From assembly GCA_946222495.1 (NCBI GenBank), contig CAMICF010000001.1:1-48132 (forward strand): a DNA stretch of 48,132 nt, given 5' to 3'. A program made the translations under genes and the position numbers. Positions 9,218 to 18,220 of the stretch are shown piece after piece; position 1 is the first letter of the stretch; each line of letters opens with the position of its first letter. The notes under the pieces were generated by a model. The model worked only from the letters and a program-made list of their open reading frames with translations, had not been told where the DNA came from and did not search any database. Origin of the DNA: an uncultured Janibacter sp. Lineage in GTDB: Bacteria > Actinomycetota > Actinomycetes > Actinomycetales > Dermatophilaceae.

Positions 9218-10404
9218 GGGGCAGAGCCTGCCATGCGCGCCGTCGGGAGCGTCAGGGTGACCGTCGTTCCTCCCCCGGCCGGCGCGCGCCACTGCGCGTC
9301 GCCGCCGAGGTCGAGCATCCGACCACGGATCGAGCTGCTCGCCCCGAGGCGTCCCTGCTCGGCCGCCTCGACGAGCCGGTTGGCGGCGATGCCGGACCCG
9401 TTGTCCCGGACGACGACCTGGAGGCCGTCGGAGTCCGTGTCGAGGAGGACCCACGCCTTGGCGTCCTCGCCCGCGTGCCGCGTCACGTTGTCGAGCGCGG
9501 CGACGACCGCCGCCTCGACCTCCCGGGCGGTGGCGGTCGGCAACGGCACGGCCCCCGGGGGCAGGACGACCTCCACGGACGCGGAGCGCAGCCGGGTCAG
9601 GGCGCGGGCGAGGTCGGTGACATCCGAAGGGGGCACCGCGGAGCCCGCCGGTGGCGGCACCGGCTCCGCGCGCGAGATGAGGGTGCGCAGGGACCGCTCC
9701 TGGTCCGCCGCGAGCCGGGCGAGGTCCTCCCCTTCGCCACCCATCTCACGACCTCTGCGGTTGATCATCGCCAGCGCCTGGAGGACCCCGTCGTGGACCT
9801 GGCGTCCGATCCGCTCCCGCTCGGCGAGCCGCTCGCTCGCGGAGAGGGCCTCCTCGAGCCGCTTCTGGCTCTCGCGGGCCAGCTGGACGGCCAGCCCGAC
9901 GAGGATGCCGAGCAGGTAGAGCAGCATGACGTTGTGGTACGTCAGCTGGCTGGGCTCCTCGGCCTGGATGAGGTTGGCCACGGCGATGACGGTGGCGCCG
10001 ATGACACCGCCGCGGATGCCCGAGAGCAGGGCCGCGGCCATGACCGACGAGGCCGACCAGATGCCGGGCACCGTGGAGATGCCCCCCTCCACCTGGCTCG
10101 CGGTGTAGACCTCGCTCGTGAGGAAGATCCCCACGCAGGCGATGACGAGCTCGACGGCGATGGCCGTCCAGGTCGGGCGCGGGAGCAACGGCGCCGCCAC
10201 CGACCAGGCGAGCGCGACGATGCCGTAGACGACGATCGGCCACCAGTGGACGACGTGCTCACGGTGCACCCCGACGAGCACGGCCGCGTAGAAGATCGAG
10301 AGGAACCGGTAGAGAGCCAGCCCGCGGCCACCGGCGCTGTCGATGAGCGGTGACGGGTTGTACTGCCGAGGCATCGAGCCGACCGCGCCGGGCTCCAGGG
10401 TCAT
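9214..10404 (-). CDS. Membrane sensor histidine kinase (HisKA_3, MacS-like)
   Basis: Several TM helices, ERERIGRQVHDGVLQ H-box, NVTRHAG, VRDNGSG, GGGTTV. Confidence 0.88.
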   Translation of the reverse strand: MTLEPGAVGSMPRQYNPSPLIDSAGGRGLALYRFLSIFYAAVLVGVHREHVVHWWPIVVYGIVALAWSVAAPLLPRPTWTAIAVELVIACVGIFLTSEVYTASQVEGGISTVPGIWSASSVMAAALLSGIRGGVIGATVIAVANLIQAEEPSQLTYHNVMLLYLLGILVGLAVQLARESQKRLEEALSASERLAERERIGRQVHDGVLQALAMINRRGREMGGEGEDLARLAADQERSLRTLISRAEPVPPPAGSAVPPSDVTDLARALTRLRSASVEVVLPPGAVPLPTATAREVEAAVVAALDNVTRHAGEDAKAWVLLDTDSDGLQVVVRDNGSGIAANRLVEAAEQGRLGASSSIRGRMLDLGGDAQWRAPAGGGTTVTLTLPTARMAGSAP

Positions 10405-10407
10405 GGC

Positions 10408-11232
10408 CTAGAGCCCGTCCTTGCTCTCCTGGGACCACGGGCTGTCGGAGCGCGCACCGGTGGCGGTCTCCCCGTCGAGCGCCGCCTCCAGCTCCGGGGC
10501 GGCCCGACCGGGGCGGGCGGCGTCCTGCAGGGCACGGGCACGGCGGCGGGCGCGGGTGACGAGGCGCTCCTTCATCGACGTGGCGTACATGTCGACGTAC
10601 TCCTGCTCGGAGAGCTGCATGAGGTTGTACATGATCTCGTCGGTGATCGACCGGAGGACGAAGCGGTCGCCCTCCATCCCCTCGTAGCGGGAGAAGTCGA
10701 GCGGCTCGCCGATCTTGACGCCGATCTGGCGGATGTTCGGGATGATCTGCCCGGTCGGCTGGGCCTTGTCCGTGTCGATCATCGCGACGGGGAGGACCGG
10801 CACGCCCGCGGTCAGGGCCATGCGGGCGACACCCGTCCGGCCGCGGTAGAGCCGTGAGTCCGGCGAGCGCGTGCCCTCGGGGTAGAGCCCGAGGAGGTCG
10901 CCCGCCTCGAGGACCTTGAGCCCGGCGTTGAGCGCGGCCTCGCTCGCCTTGCCCCCGCTGCGGTCGATGGGCAGCTGGCCCACCCCGCGGAAGAAGGCCG
11001 CGGTGAGCCACCCCTTGATGCCGGGGCCGGTGAAGTAGTCCGCCTTGGCGAGGAAGGTTACCCGCCGCTCGACGACGAGGGGCAGGAAGAAGGAGTCGGA
11101 GAAGGAGAGGTGGTTGCTCGCGAGGATCGCCGCACCCTCTGCGGGAATGTGATGGAGCCCTTCGACCTTGGGTCTGAAGAGCACCATGAGGAGAGGCCCG
11201 ACGAAGACCTTCTTGAGCAACCAGTACAGCAC
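10408..11232 (-). CDS. plsC: 1-acyl-sn-glycerol-3-phosphate acyltransferase family
   Basis: ASNHLSFSD (HxxxxD), YPEGTRS. Confidence 0.9.
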   Translation of the reverse strand: MLYWLLKKVFVGPLLMVLFRPKVEGLHHIPAEGAAILASNHLSFSDSFFLPLVVERRVTFLAKADYFTGPGIKGWLTAAFFRGVGQLPIDRSGGKASEAALNAGLKVLEAGDLLGLYPEGTRSPDSRLYRGRTGVARMALTAGVPVLPVAMIDTDKAQPTGQIIPNIRQIGVKIGEPLDFSRYEGMEGDRFVLRSITDEIMYNLMQLSEQEYVDMYATSMKERLVTRARRRARALQDAARPGRAAPELEAALDGETATGARSDSPWSQESKDGL

Positions 11233-11342
11233 CGTTGTGCCCTCCTTCGATCGAACCGAACTCTACGACACGACGGATCCTCACGGCATCGTGCCAGACT
11301 GGCCGTCAGCGACACGACGTCACGGATTGGCGGAGCAGGGAC

Positions 11343-11885
11343 ATGGCGGAGCGACAGCACCCGGACGAGCGGGACGTGGACGCGATCTTCGAGTCGATCG
11401 TCGCCCGGTGGGACGACCCCCCGGCGGCCGGCCCGACCACCGACCACCCCGAGCCGGGTCCCGCGACGTCCCGGCCGCAGAGCACCGGTGACGTCCACCT
11501 CCCTTCGTCGGCCGCTGCCGAGCCGGAGGACCCCACACCGTCCGCACCGGAGCCCGAGCCCGTCCCGTGGCGCACCGACCCGACGAACTCCGTCGCCGAT
11601 GCCCTGCTCGGCAACGACGACGCCCCCGGCGAGGGCGACGAGGACGAGGGGTACAGCCCGCCGCCGCCCGCTCCCCTGCCACCGACGACCGACCGCCTCT
11701 TCTGGGGCGCGGTCCTCGGGCTGGTCCTCGGCCCGCTCGGCCTCCTGTGGATCGCGCTGGCGCGTCCCGGGGGGTTCTGGCCCAAGGCCATCGTCATCGG
11801 CCTGATCATCGGCGGCTTCGTCTGCCTCTACCTGCGCCAGCCCAACGACCGGGGGTACGACCCCGACCAGGGCGCCCGGGTCTGA
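11343..11885 (+). CDS. Conserved hypothetical membrane protein with acidic/Pro-rich N-terminus and two TM helices
   Basis: DVDAIFESIVA, YSPPPPAPLP, two hydrophobic segments, C-terminal DQGARV. GGAGCAGG upstream of the ATG. Confidence 0.75.
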   Translation: MAERQHPDERDVDAIFESIVARWDDPPAAGPTTDHPEPGPATSRPQSTGDVHLPSSAAAEPEDPTPSAPEPEPVPWRTDPTNSVADALLGNDDAPGEGDEDEGYSPPPPAPLPPTTDRLFWGAVLGLVLGPLGLLWIALARPGGFWPKAIVIGLIIGGFVCLYLRQPNDRGYDPDQGARV

Positions 11886-11898
11886 TCCCCGGCCGGTC

Positions 11899-12873
11899 TC
11901 ACACCTGCTGCTCGGCCCCCAGCGAGGCCGCACCGATGAGTCCCGCATCCGGGCCGAAGCGGGCGGCGACGATCCGCGAGGCGGGCCGGTAGCCGCGGCC
12001 GGTGAGCTGCCGGGCGAAGGTGTCCCGCGCCGGCCCGAGCAGGAGGTCGCCGGCCGCGCTCACGCCGCCACCGATGACGAAGACCTCGGGGTCGAGGGCC
12101 GCGGCGAGGTTCGCGAGACCGACGCCGAGCCAGTGCCCGATCTCGGCGAGGAGCTCGGTGGCCGTCGGGTCGCCCGCGCGGGCGACGTCGGTGAGGACGG
12201 GTCCGGTGAGCGCGTTGGCGTCGCCGTCGACGTGCGCGAGCAGGTCGGTCGCCATCGGCGAGTTGGCCATCGCCAGGCCGCGGGCCTCACGCACGAGGGC
12301 GTTGCCGGAGGAGTACTGCTCCCAGCATCCGCGGTTGCCGCACTCGCAGCGCTGCCCGCCGGGGACGACCTGCATGTGGCCGAACTCCCCCGCGATGCCG
12401 TAGCGGCCGCGCATGAGGTGCCCGCCGACGATGATCGCGCCACCGATGCCGGTGCCGAGGGTGATCATCACGGCGTGGGTGGCCCCCCGGGCGGCACCGA
12501 AGCGGTGCTCCGCCCAGAGCGCGGCGTTGGCGTCGTTGTCGATGGAGATCGGGAGGGAAACCCGGTCGCCGAGCGAGGCGCGCAGCGGCTCGTTGCGCCA
12601 GGAGAGGTGGGGGGCGAAGACGACCGTCGCCCGGTCCGCCGCGACGAAGCCGGCCGCGCCGACCCCCACGGTCGACGGGCGCTCCACGCCCGCCTCCTCC
12701 GCCTCGCGGAGCAGCTCCTCGATGACCTCGACGATGGTGTCCTCGACGACCCGGGGTGCGCTCGAGCGGTCGGGGGTGCCGCGCCGGGTGCGCACGAGGA
12801 TCCGGCCGTCCTCGTCGAGCACCCCGCCGGAGACCTTGGTCCCCCCGATGTCGATCCCGATGCTCGTGGTCAC
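11899..12873 (-). CDS. ROK-family glucokinase (copy 1)
   Basis: GIDIGGTK, NDANAA, LGTGIGG, GEFGH, CECGNRGCWE. Confidence 0.92.
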   Translation of the reverse strand: MTTSIGIDIGGTKVSGGVLDEDGRILVRTRRGTPDRSSAPRVVEDTIVEVIEELLREAEEAGVERPSTVGVGAAGFVAADRATVVFAPHLSWRNEPLRASLGDRVSLPISIDNDANAALWAEHRFGAARGATHAVMITLGTGIGGAIIVGGHLMRGRYGIAGEFGHMQVVPGGQRCECGNRGCWEQYSSGNALVREARGLAMANSPMATDLLAHVDGDANALTGPVLTDVARAGDPTATELLAEIGHWLGVGLANLAAALDPEVFVIGGGVSAAGDLLLGPARDTFARQLTGRGYRPASRIVAARFGPDAGLIGAASLGAEQQV

Positions 12874-13832
12874 GCGATGACCTCGCGGGCCAGCGTGGCG
12901 ACGCCGACGAGGCCGGCGTCGTTGCCGAGGCTGGCGGCGACGACCTCCGGCGAAGGGCGGTGCCCCCGCCCGATGAGGTGGGCCGCGAAGGCCTCGGACA
13001 CGGGGTCGAGAAGGAGCGGTCCGGCCTCCACCACGCCGCCGCCGATGACGACGAGCGCCGGGTCGAGGACCGCGCAGACCGAGGCCAGGCCCTCGCCGAG
13101 CCGCGTGCCGAGGTCGGTGAAGAGCGCGATCGCGCCCTCGTCGCCCGCCCGGGCCAGCTCGGTGACGTCCTGGCCGGTGAGCTCCTCGGGGGTGCCGCCG
13201 CAGCGGTCGCGGAGGCCGGCCCCCTTCGTCTCGTCGGAGGCGATGAGCTCACGGGCGGTGCGCTCCAGCGCCGTCCCCGAGGCGAAGACCTCGAGGCAGC
13301 CGTCGTTGCCGCAGCCGCAGCGCGGGCCGTGGGGGTCGATGGTGATGTGACCGATCTCGCCGCCGATGCCGTGCGCGCCGCGCAGGAGGCGGTCGTCGAT
13401 GATGCAGCCGCCGCCGACCCCCGTCCCGACGGTCGCCAGGAGCATGTCCCGGCAGTCCCGTCCGGAGCCGTGGCGGTACTCGCCCCAGGCGGCGGCGTTG
13501 GCGTCGTTCTCCACGAGCACGTCGCGCCCGACCCGTCGCGCCACCTCGTCGACGACGTCGAGATCGCGCCAGGGCAGGTTCGGGGCGAACCAGAGGCGTC
13601 CGTGGGCCCCGTCGACGAAGCCCGCGCAGGCCATGCCGATCCCGGCGACCTCGCCGCCGGCGGCGTCCTCGAGCGTGCTGATGAGCTCGGCGGTGGCGTC
13701 GAGGATCGCGGCGGTGTCATCCTCGGGGGTCTCGACCTGCTCGCGATGGGCGATCTCACCGTCGGCGGAGACGAGCGCTCCCGCGATCTTCGTCCCCCCG
13801 ATGTCGATGCCCACTGCCGGAATGTCGGTCAT
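12870..13832 (-). CDS. ROK-family glucokinase (copy 2)
   Basis: GIDIGGTK, ENDANAAAWGE, VGTGVGGG, GEIGH, CGCGNDGCLE. Confidence 0.92.
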   Translation of the reverse strand: MTDIPAVGIDIGGTKIAGALVSADGEIAHREQVETPEDDTAAILDATAELISTLEDAAGGEVAGIGMACAGFVDGAHGRLWFAPNLPWRDLDVVDEVARRVGRDVLVENDANAAAWGEYRHGSGRDCRDMLLATVGTGVGGGCIIDDRLLRGAHGIGGEIGHITIDPHGPRCGCGNDGCLEVFASGTALERTARELIASDETKGAGLRDRCGGTPEELTGQDVTELARAGDEGAIALFTDLGTRLGEGLASVCAVLDPALVVIGGGVVEAGPLLLDPVSEAFAAHLIGRGHRPSPEVVAASLGNDAGLVGVATLAREVIA

Positions 13833-13839
13833 CGCTGAT

Positions 13840-14151
13840 TCACGCCTCGCTCGTGGGGTCCAGGGACACGTCCGCCTCGTCGTCGTGGACGGCGATCCGC
13901 ACGCCCGAGGAACGATACGGCGCGTGGGACTCGGACTCGGTGAAGTCGACGCCGAGCGCGTCGGCGACGCCATGGCTGCCGAGCGTCGCCCGGGTCAGGG
14001 CCTCGGCGAGCATCGTCGCCCCGGCCACGGCCCGACGCGCCGTCGCGCCGTCGAGGTCGCGCAGGTCCTCGCCGATCCCGTCGAGGTCCACCTCGGACAG
14101 GACCCGCAGGAGCTGGACGATGACGTCCTGGGGATCGGTCTCCTCATCCAC
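13840..14151 (-). CDS. Hypothetical acidic protein
   Basis: GC-typical codon usage, overlaps the upstream gene stop, sits in the slot between the ArsA-like and ROK genes. Confidence 0.6.
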   Translation of the reverse strand: MDEETDPQDVIVQLLRVLSEVDLDGIGEDLRDLDGATARRAVAGATMLAEALTRATLGSHGVADALGVDFTESESHAPYRSSGVRIAVHDDEADVSLDPTSEA

Positions 14152-15055
14152 GGGGCCACACCCTCTCATCGGGCGTCATCGTCAGCGTGAGCACTCCGCC
14201 GGCGACGCCCGCGCGCTGGATGTCGCAGCGGCGCAGCACGGACGGCAGGAGGACCCGGCGGGTCCGTCCGGCGCACCCGAGGACGAGCTCGTCCTCGTGC
14301 CGGACGAGGTCGAGGTCGGTGGCCCGGACCCCCGGCACGTCGAGGTGCAGCAGCCACGTCTCGTCGCGGCGCTCGACCTGCGGCCGGGTCCGCGCCGGCG
14401 CGACCGGGAGGTGCTCGATGCCGGACCCTCCGGGCGGGTGCACCGCGGTGATGGTGCGCCCCATGAGCGCGAGCAGGACCTCCGCGTCCGCCCGGCGGGC
14501 GGCGCCGACCGGGCCGGGGGGCAGCGCGAGGTGCAGGGCGGTGGTCCCGGGGTCGGCGAGCGCGGCGTCGAGCCCCTCGAGGAGGGCCGCGCCCTCACGG
14601 AGCGCGGTGAGGACGGACGGCTTCGGGGCCGGCAGCGCGCCGACCCCCTCGGGGGCGACGAGCACCTCCCACCGGGCGATGACCGGGACGAAGGCGGCGA
14701 GGCCGCGGGCGACGCGCTGCGGCACGTCGAGGAGCCGGGCCACCTCGAGGTCGACCTCGACGACGAGCTCGTGGTCGTCCGCGGTGGCCTGCTCGATCTG
14801 GCGGGCCAGCCGGAGCAGCGTCACCAGCTCTCCCGGCAGGAGCCGACCGATGAGGTCGGCGATGACCGGCCCGGGCAGGTCGAGGGCGGCGAGCACCGTG
14901 TCCAGGTGCAGCTCGAGCGCCTCGAGGACCGGGTCCTTCGCGTCCGGGTCCGTGGTGGCCCGGACGACGGGACGCAGGGAGGTGATGCCGGCGAGCACCC
15001 GATCCGTCACGGCGGCGGCGTGCTCGCCCCCACCGGTGACGAGATGTGCGCGCAC
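14144..15055 (-). CDS. Degenerate ArsA/Get3-like protein with C-terminal HSP20/alpha-crystallin-like domain
   Basis: C-terminal LDLVRHEDELVL...RRVLLPSVLRRC...VWP is typical of actinobacterial ArsA-like proteins, and LLPG and LADP..T remnants are present. The P-loop region reads VTGGGEHAAA. Confidence 0.75.
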   Translation of the reverse strand: MRAHLVTGGGEHAAAVTDRVLAGITSLRPVVRATTDPDAKDPVLEALELHLDTVLAALDLPGPVIADLIGRLLPGELVTLLRLARQIEQATADDHELVVEVDLEVARLLDVPQRVARGLAAFVPVIARWEVLVAPEGVGALPAPKPSVLTALREGAALLEGLDAALADPGTTALHLALPPGPVGAARRADAEVLLALMGRTITAVHPPGGSGIEHLPVAPARTRPQVERRDETWLLHLDVPGVRATDLDLVRHEDELVLGCAGRTRRVLLPSVLRRCDIQRAGVAGGVLTLTMTPDERVWPRG

Positions 15056-15062
15056 GAGCGGG

Positions 15063-15509
15063 TCAGGCCTCGGCGCGCTTCTTGAGGTCCCGCAACGCCG
15101 AGTCGACGATGACCTTCTCGGCCTTGCGCTTGAGCATCCCGAGCATCGGGACCTTGACGTCGACGGTGAGCTCGTAGATGACCTCGGTGCCGCCGTCGGC
15201 GGTCGAGGTGAGGGTGTAGGAGCCGTCCATCGCCTTGAGGACGGAGGCCTCGAGGAGGACCCACGAGCCGACGCCCTGGCCGTCCTCCTCGATGTCCCAC
15301 GTGTAGTCGAGGGTGTAGGAGTCCTGAATCGGTCCCGCGTCGAGGGTGAAGGCCGCCGTGTCCGGCCAGCCGTCCCCGTCCTCGGTGAGGATCTCGACCT
15401 TGGTGAACTCCTTGATCCACTCCGGGTACGCCTCGAGGTCGGCGATGATGTCGATGACGTCACCGGCAGGGGCGTTGACGACGGTGCTGGAGCGGGTGCT
15501 GTCGGCCAT
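15063..15509 (-). CDS. SRPBCC/START (polyketide cyclase-like) protein
   Basis: IADLEAYPEW, MDGSYTL, MLGMLKRKAEKVIVDSAL. Confidence 0.88.
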   Translation of the reverse strand: MADSTRSSTVVNAPAGDVIDIIADLEAYPEWIKEFTKVEILTEDGDGWPDTAAFTLDAGPIQDSYTLDYTWDIEEDGQGVGSWVLLEASVLKAMDGSYTLTSTADGGTEVIYELTVDVKVPMLGMLKRKAEKVIVDSALRDLKKRAEA

Positions 15510-15519
15510 GGCGCGCAGA

Positions 15520-15876
15520 CTATCGCCTCCGTCCCTCGAGGCGGTCCTTGATGTCGTGCACGCCTCCCTTCCACCGTCGCCGGTGCACCGTGGACCACCG
15601 CCGCGGGCCGCAGACCCGGTCGCCGTGGACGAAGTGGTGGACGACCGTGCCGCCGGGCACCTCCTCCAGCCAGATCTCGAGACGACCGGTGACCTCTCCC
15701 CCGGTCCACCAGCGGACCCCCTTCGTCCCACGGTCCTGCGCGACCTCCCGCTCCAGACCCGGCCACAGCGCGTCGAGGACCCCCGGCTCGTTGAAGGCCG
15801 ACCGGACGACGGCGGGCTCGGCCCGGATGAAGGTCTCGTCGACGACGTCGACGAGGGAGCGGGGACGCCGGCGCAT
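15520..15876 (-). CDS. Polyketide cyclase/dehydrase-like (SRPBCC-fold) hypothetical protein
   Basis: VDVVDETFI, DRGTKGVRW, G..EIWLE, KDRLE. GGAGG RBS upstream. Confidence 0.7.
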   Translation of the reverse strand: MRRRPRSLVDVVDETFIRAEPAVVRSAFNEPGVLDALWPGLEREVAQDRGTKGVRWWTGGEVTGRLEIWLEEVPGGTVVHHFVHGDRVCGPRRWSTVHRRRWKGGVHDIKDRLEGRRR

Positions 15877-16046
15877 GGGCACAACCTCCGAGGTAGGGGT
15901 CATCGGGACGGCAAGGGAAGGGTCGGAGAACAGTATGGTCGCGGTCACGGGCAGGGGCGGTGGGAGCCCCACGGCGCGGCGGTATCCTCGTGTCCGGGCC
16001 TGCCACCCCTGGGACGGTGGCGCCGACGGCGAACGAAGGAGATCCC

Positions 16047-17837
16047 GTGAACGACAGCGCGATGCCCCGACTCATCGAGGGCGACCCGACCGACTCGCTG
16101 GCAGACCTGCCGGCCAGGAATGCGGAGAAGGATCCGCAGCGGGTGGCCTTCTCTGTGAAGGAGCAGGGCGCCTGGCGAGATGTCACCGCGGCGCAGTTCC
16201 ACCTCGAGGTGCGCGAGCTGGCCAAGGGCCTCATCGCCTCCGGGCTCGAGGCCGGCGACCGGCTGGCCATCATGGCCCGCACCCGCTACGAGTGGACCGT
16301 CCTCGACTTCGCCGCCTGGAGCGCCGGTGGCGTGCCGGTGCCGATCTACGAGACGAGCTCCCCCGAGCAGGTCGAGTGGATCGTCAAGGACTCGGGGACG
16401 AAGTTCCTCGTCGTCGAGACGAGCGCCCACGCGGCGATCGCCGAGGAGGCGCGCGCCGACATCGGCGGCCTCGACAAGGTGTGGGTCATCGACAACAGCG
16501 ACCTCGACACCATCGTCGCGGCAGGCTCGTCCGTGAGCGACGAGGACCTCGACGCCCGCATCGCCGCCCAGAACCGCGAGTCCATCGCGACGATCATCTA
16601 CACCTCGGGCACCACCGGTCGTCCCAAGGGATGCGAGCTGACCCACGACAACTTCCTCGGCCTGGCGGAGAACACCATCGCCAAGCTCGGCGACGTGCTC
16701 GACAAGGACAACGCCTCGACGTTGCTCTTCCTCCCGCTGGCGCACGTCTTCGCCCGCTTCATCGAGGTCCTCGCCGTCACCGCCGGCCGTCGCATGGGGC
16801 ACAGCGCCGACATCGCCAACATCCTCGACGACTTCCAGGCCTTCCGTCCGACCTTCATCCTCGCGGTGCCGCGGGTCTTCGAGAAGATCTACAACAAGGC
16901 CAACGAGACGGCCGTGGCCGGCGGCAAGGGCAAGATCTTCGCCAAGGCCTCCGACACGGCCATCGCCTGGTCCGAGGCCCAGGACAACGGCTCGGTCCCG
17001 CTCAAGCTCAAGGTCGCGCACGCGGTCTTCGACAAGCTCGTCTACAGCACGCTGCGCGCGAAGATGGGCAACCAGGTCGAGTACGCGGTCTCGGGCGGCG
17101 CGCCGCTCGGCACCCGGCTGGGCCACTTCTTCCGTGGCATCGGCGTGACGATCCTCGAGGGCTACGGCCTGACCGAGACGACCGCGCCCGCGACGGTCAA
17201 CATCCCGCAGAAGGTGAAGATCGGCACCGTCGGTCCCCCGCTGCCCGGCGTCTCGGTCCGGATCGCCGACGACGGCGAGGTCCTCATCCAGGGCGTGAAC
17301 ATCCTCCGCGGCTACCACGACAACGAGAAGGCTACCCTCGAGGCGCTCAAGGACGGCTGGTTCCACACCGGCGACCTCGGTGAGCTCGACGAGGACGGCT
17401 ACCTCAAGATCACCGGCCGCAAAAAGGAGATCCTCGTGACCGCGGGCGGCAAGAACGTCGCCCCGGGCGTCCTCGAGGACCGGCTCCGCGCCCACCCGAT
17501 CATCAGCCAGTGCCTCGTCGTCGGTGACGGCAAGCCCTTCATCGGCGCGCTCGTCACGCTCGACGAGGAGATGCTGCCCGGCTGGGCCTCGAACCAGGGC
17601 CTCGGCAACCTCACCATCGAGCAGGCCCGCACCAACGAGACGGTGCTCGCCGAGATCCAGGGCGCGGTCGACGAGGCCAACAAGGCCGTCTCGAAGGCCG
17701 AGTCGATCCGCAAGTTCTCCATCCTCGACGAGGACTTCACCGAGGAGAACGGCACCCTCACCCCGTCGATGAAGCTCAAGCGCAACGTCATCATGCGCGA
17801 CTTCGAGGACGAGGTCGAAGGCCTCTACGGGAGCTGA
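16047..17837 (+). CDS. fadD: Long-chain fatty-acid--CoA ligase (AMP-dependent synthetase)
   Basis: IIYTSGTTGRPKG, EGYGLTET, WFHTGDLG, TPSMKLKR. AAGGAG RBS before GTG. Confidence 0.93.
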   Translation: MNDSAMPRLIEGDPTDSLADLPARNAEKDPQRVAFSVKEQGAWRDVTAAQFHLEVRELAKGLIASGLEAGDRLAIMARTRYEWTVLDFAAWSAGGVPVPIYETSSPEQVEWIVKDSGTKFLVVETSAHAAIAEEARADIGGLDKVWVIDNSDLDTIVAAGSSVSDEDLDARIAAQNRESIATIIYTSGTTGRPKGCELTHDNFLGLAENTIAKLGDVLDKDNASTLLFLPLAHVFARFIEVLAVTAGRRMGHSADIANILDDFQAFRPTFILAVPRVFEKIYNKANETAVAGGKGKIFAKASDTAIAWSEAQDNGSVPLKLKVAHAVFDKLVYSTLRAKMGNQVEYAVSGGAPLGTRLGHFFRGIGVTILEGYGLTETTAPATVNIPQKVKIGTVGPPLPGVSVRIADDGEVLIQGVNILRGYHDNEKATLEALKDGWFHTGDLGELDEDGYLKITGRKKEILVTAGGKNVAPGVLEDRLRAHPIISQCLVVGDGKPFIGALVTLDEEMLPGWASNQGLGNLTIEQARTNETVLAEIQGAVDEANKAVSKAESIRKFSILDEDFTEENGTLTPSMKLKRNVIMRDFEDEVEGLYGS

Positions 17838-17850
17838 CCACCGGCTCGCC

Positions 17851-17880
17851 GGCCGGGTGCCCCCACGCGGTCACCCGGCC
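17851..17880. terminator. Hairpin at a convergent gene junction
   Basis: ggccgggtg...cacccggcc. Confidence 0.45.
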
Positions 17881-18146
17881 CGGTGGGCGACCTCCCCGTA
17901 CTCCGACCAGGGCTCGCGCACCGCGCGGGCCCTGGTCGCCGTCTCGGCACTCACGAGGCCGCTCGTGACGAGACGCGAGACCACCTCGCGCTCGCGCGGG
18001 TCCAGGGGCAGGTCGGACTGCCCCGTCGGGTCCTCGAGCGCGACCGGTGACCGCAGCGCGGTCACCATGCACTCGGCGCAGCCGACGTCCTGCACCGGAC
18101 ACGTGTCGCAGTCGATCGTCAGGGGCGCTCCTGCTCGACGGCTCAT
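17871..18146 (-). CDS. Small Cys4 (CxxC-x6-CxxC) putative metal-binding protein
   Basis: IDCDTCPVQDVGCAECMVTAL, strong GGAGGAGG RBS. Confidence 0.8.
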   Translation of the reverse strand: MSRRAGAPLTIDCDTCPVQDVGCAECMVTALRSPVALEDPTGQSDLPLDPREREVVSRLVTSGLVSAETATRARAVREPWSEYGEVAHRAG

Positions 18147-18191
18147 GTCCGTCACCTCCTCCAGGTCACCGGGTCCCTCCCGGCACCCATC

Positions 18192-18214
18192 ACGCTAGGA
18201 GTGGCCACCGACAA
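18192..18214 (-). promoter_or_regulatory. RecA-NDp / PafBC-type DNA-damage promoter
   Basis: TTGTCGGTG-gccactcc-TAGCGT matches TTGTCRGTG-N8-TANNNT. Confidence 0.8.
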
Positions 18215-18220
18215 CGCCCG

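Noticed and set aside
14144..16282. 712-aa ORF
   Set aside because: Only the last ~303 aa are protein-like. The rest overlaps the SRPBCC genes and fadD out of frame or antisense.
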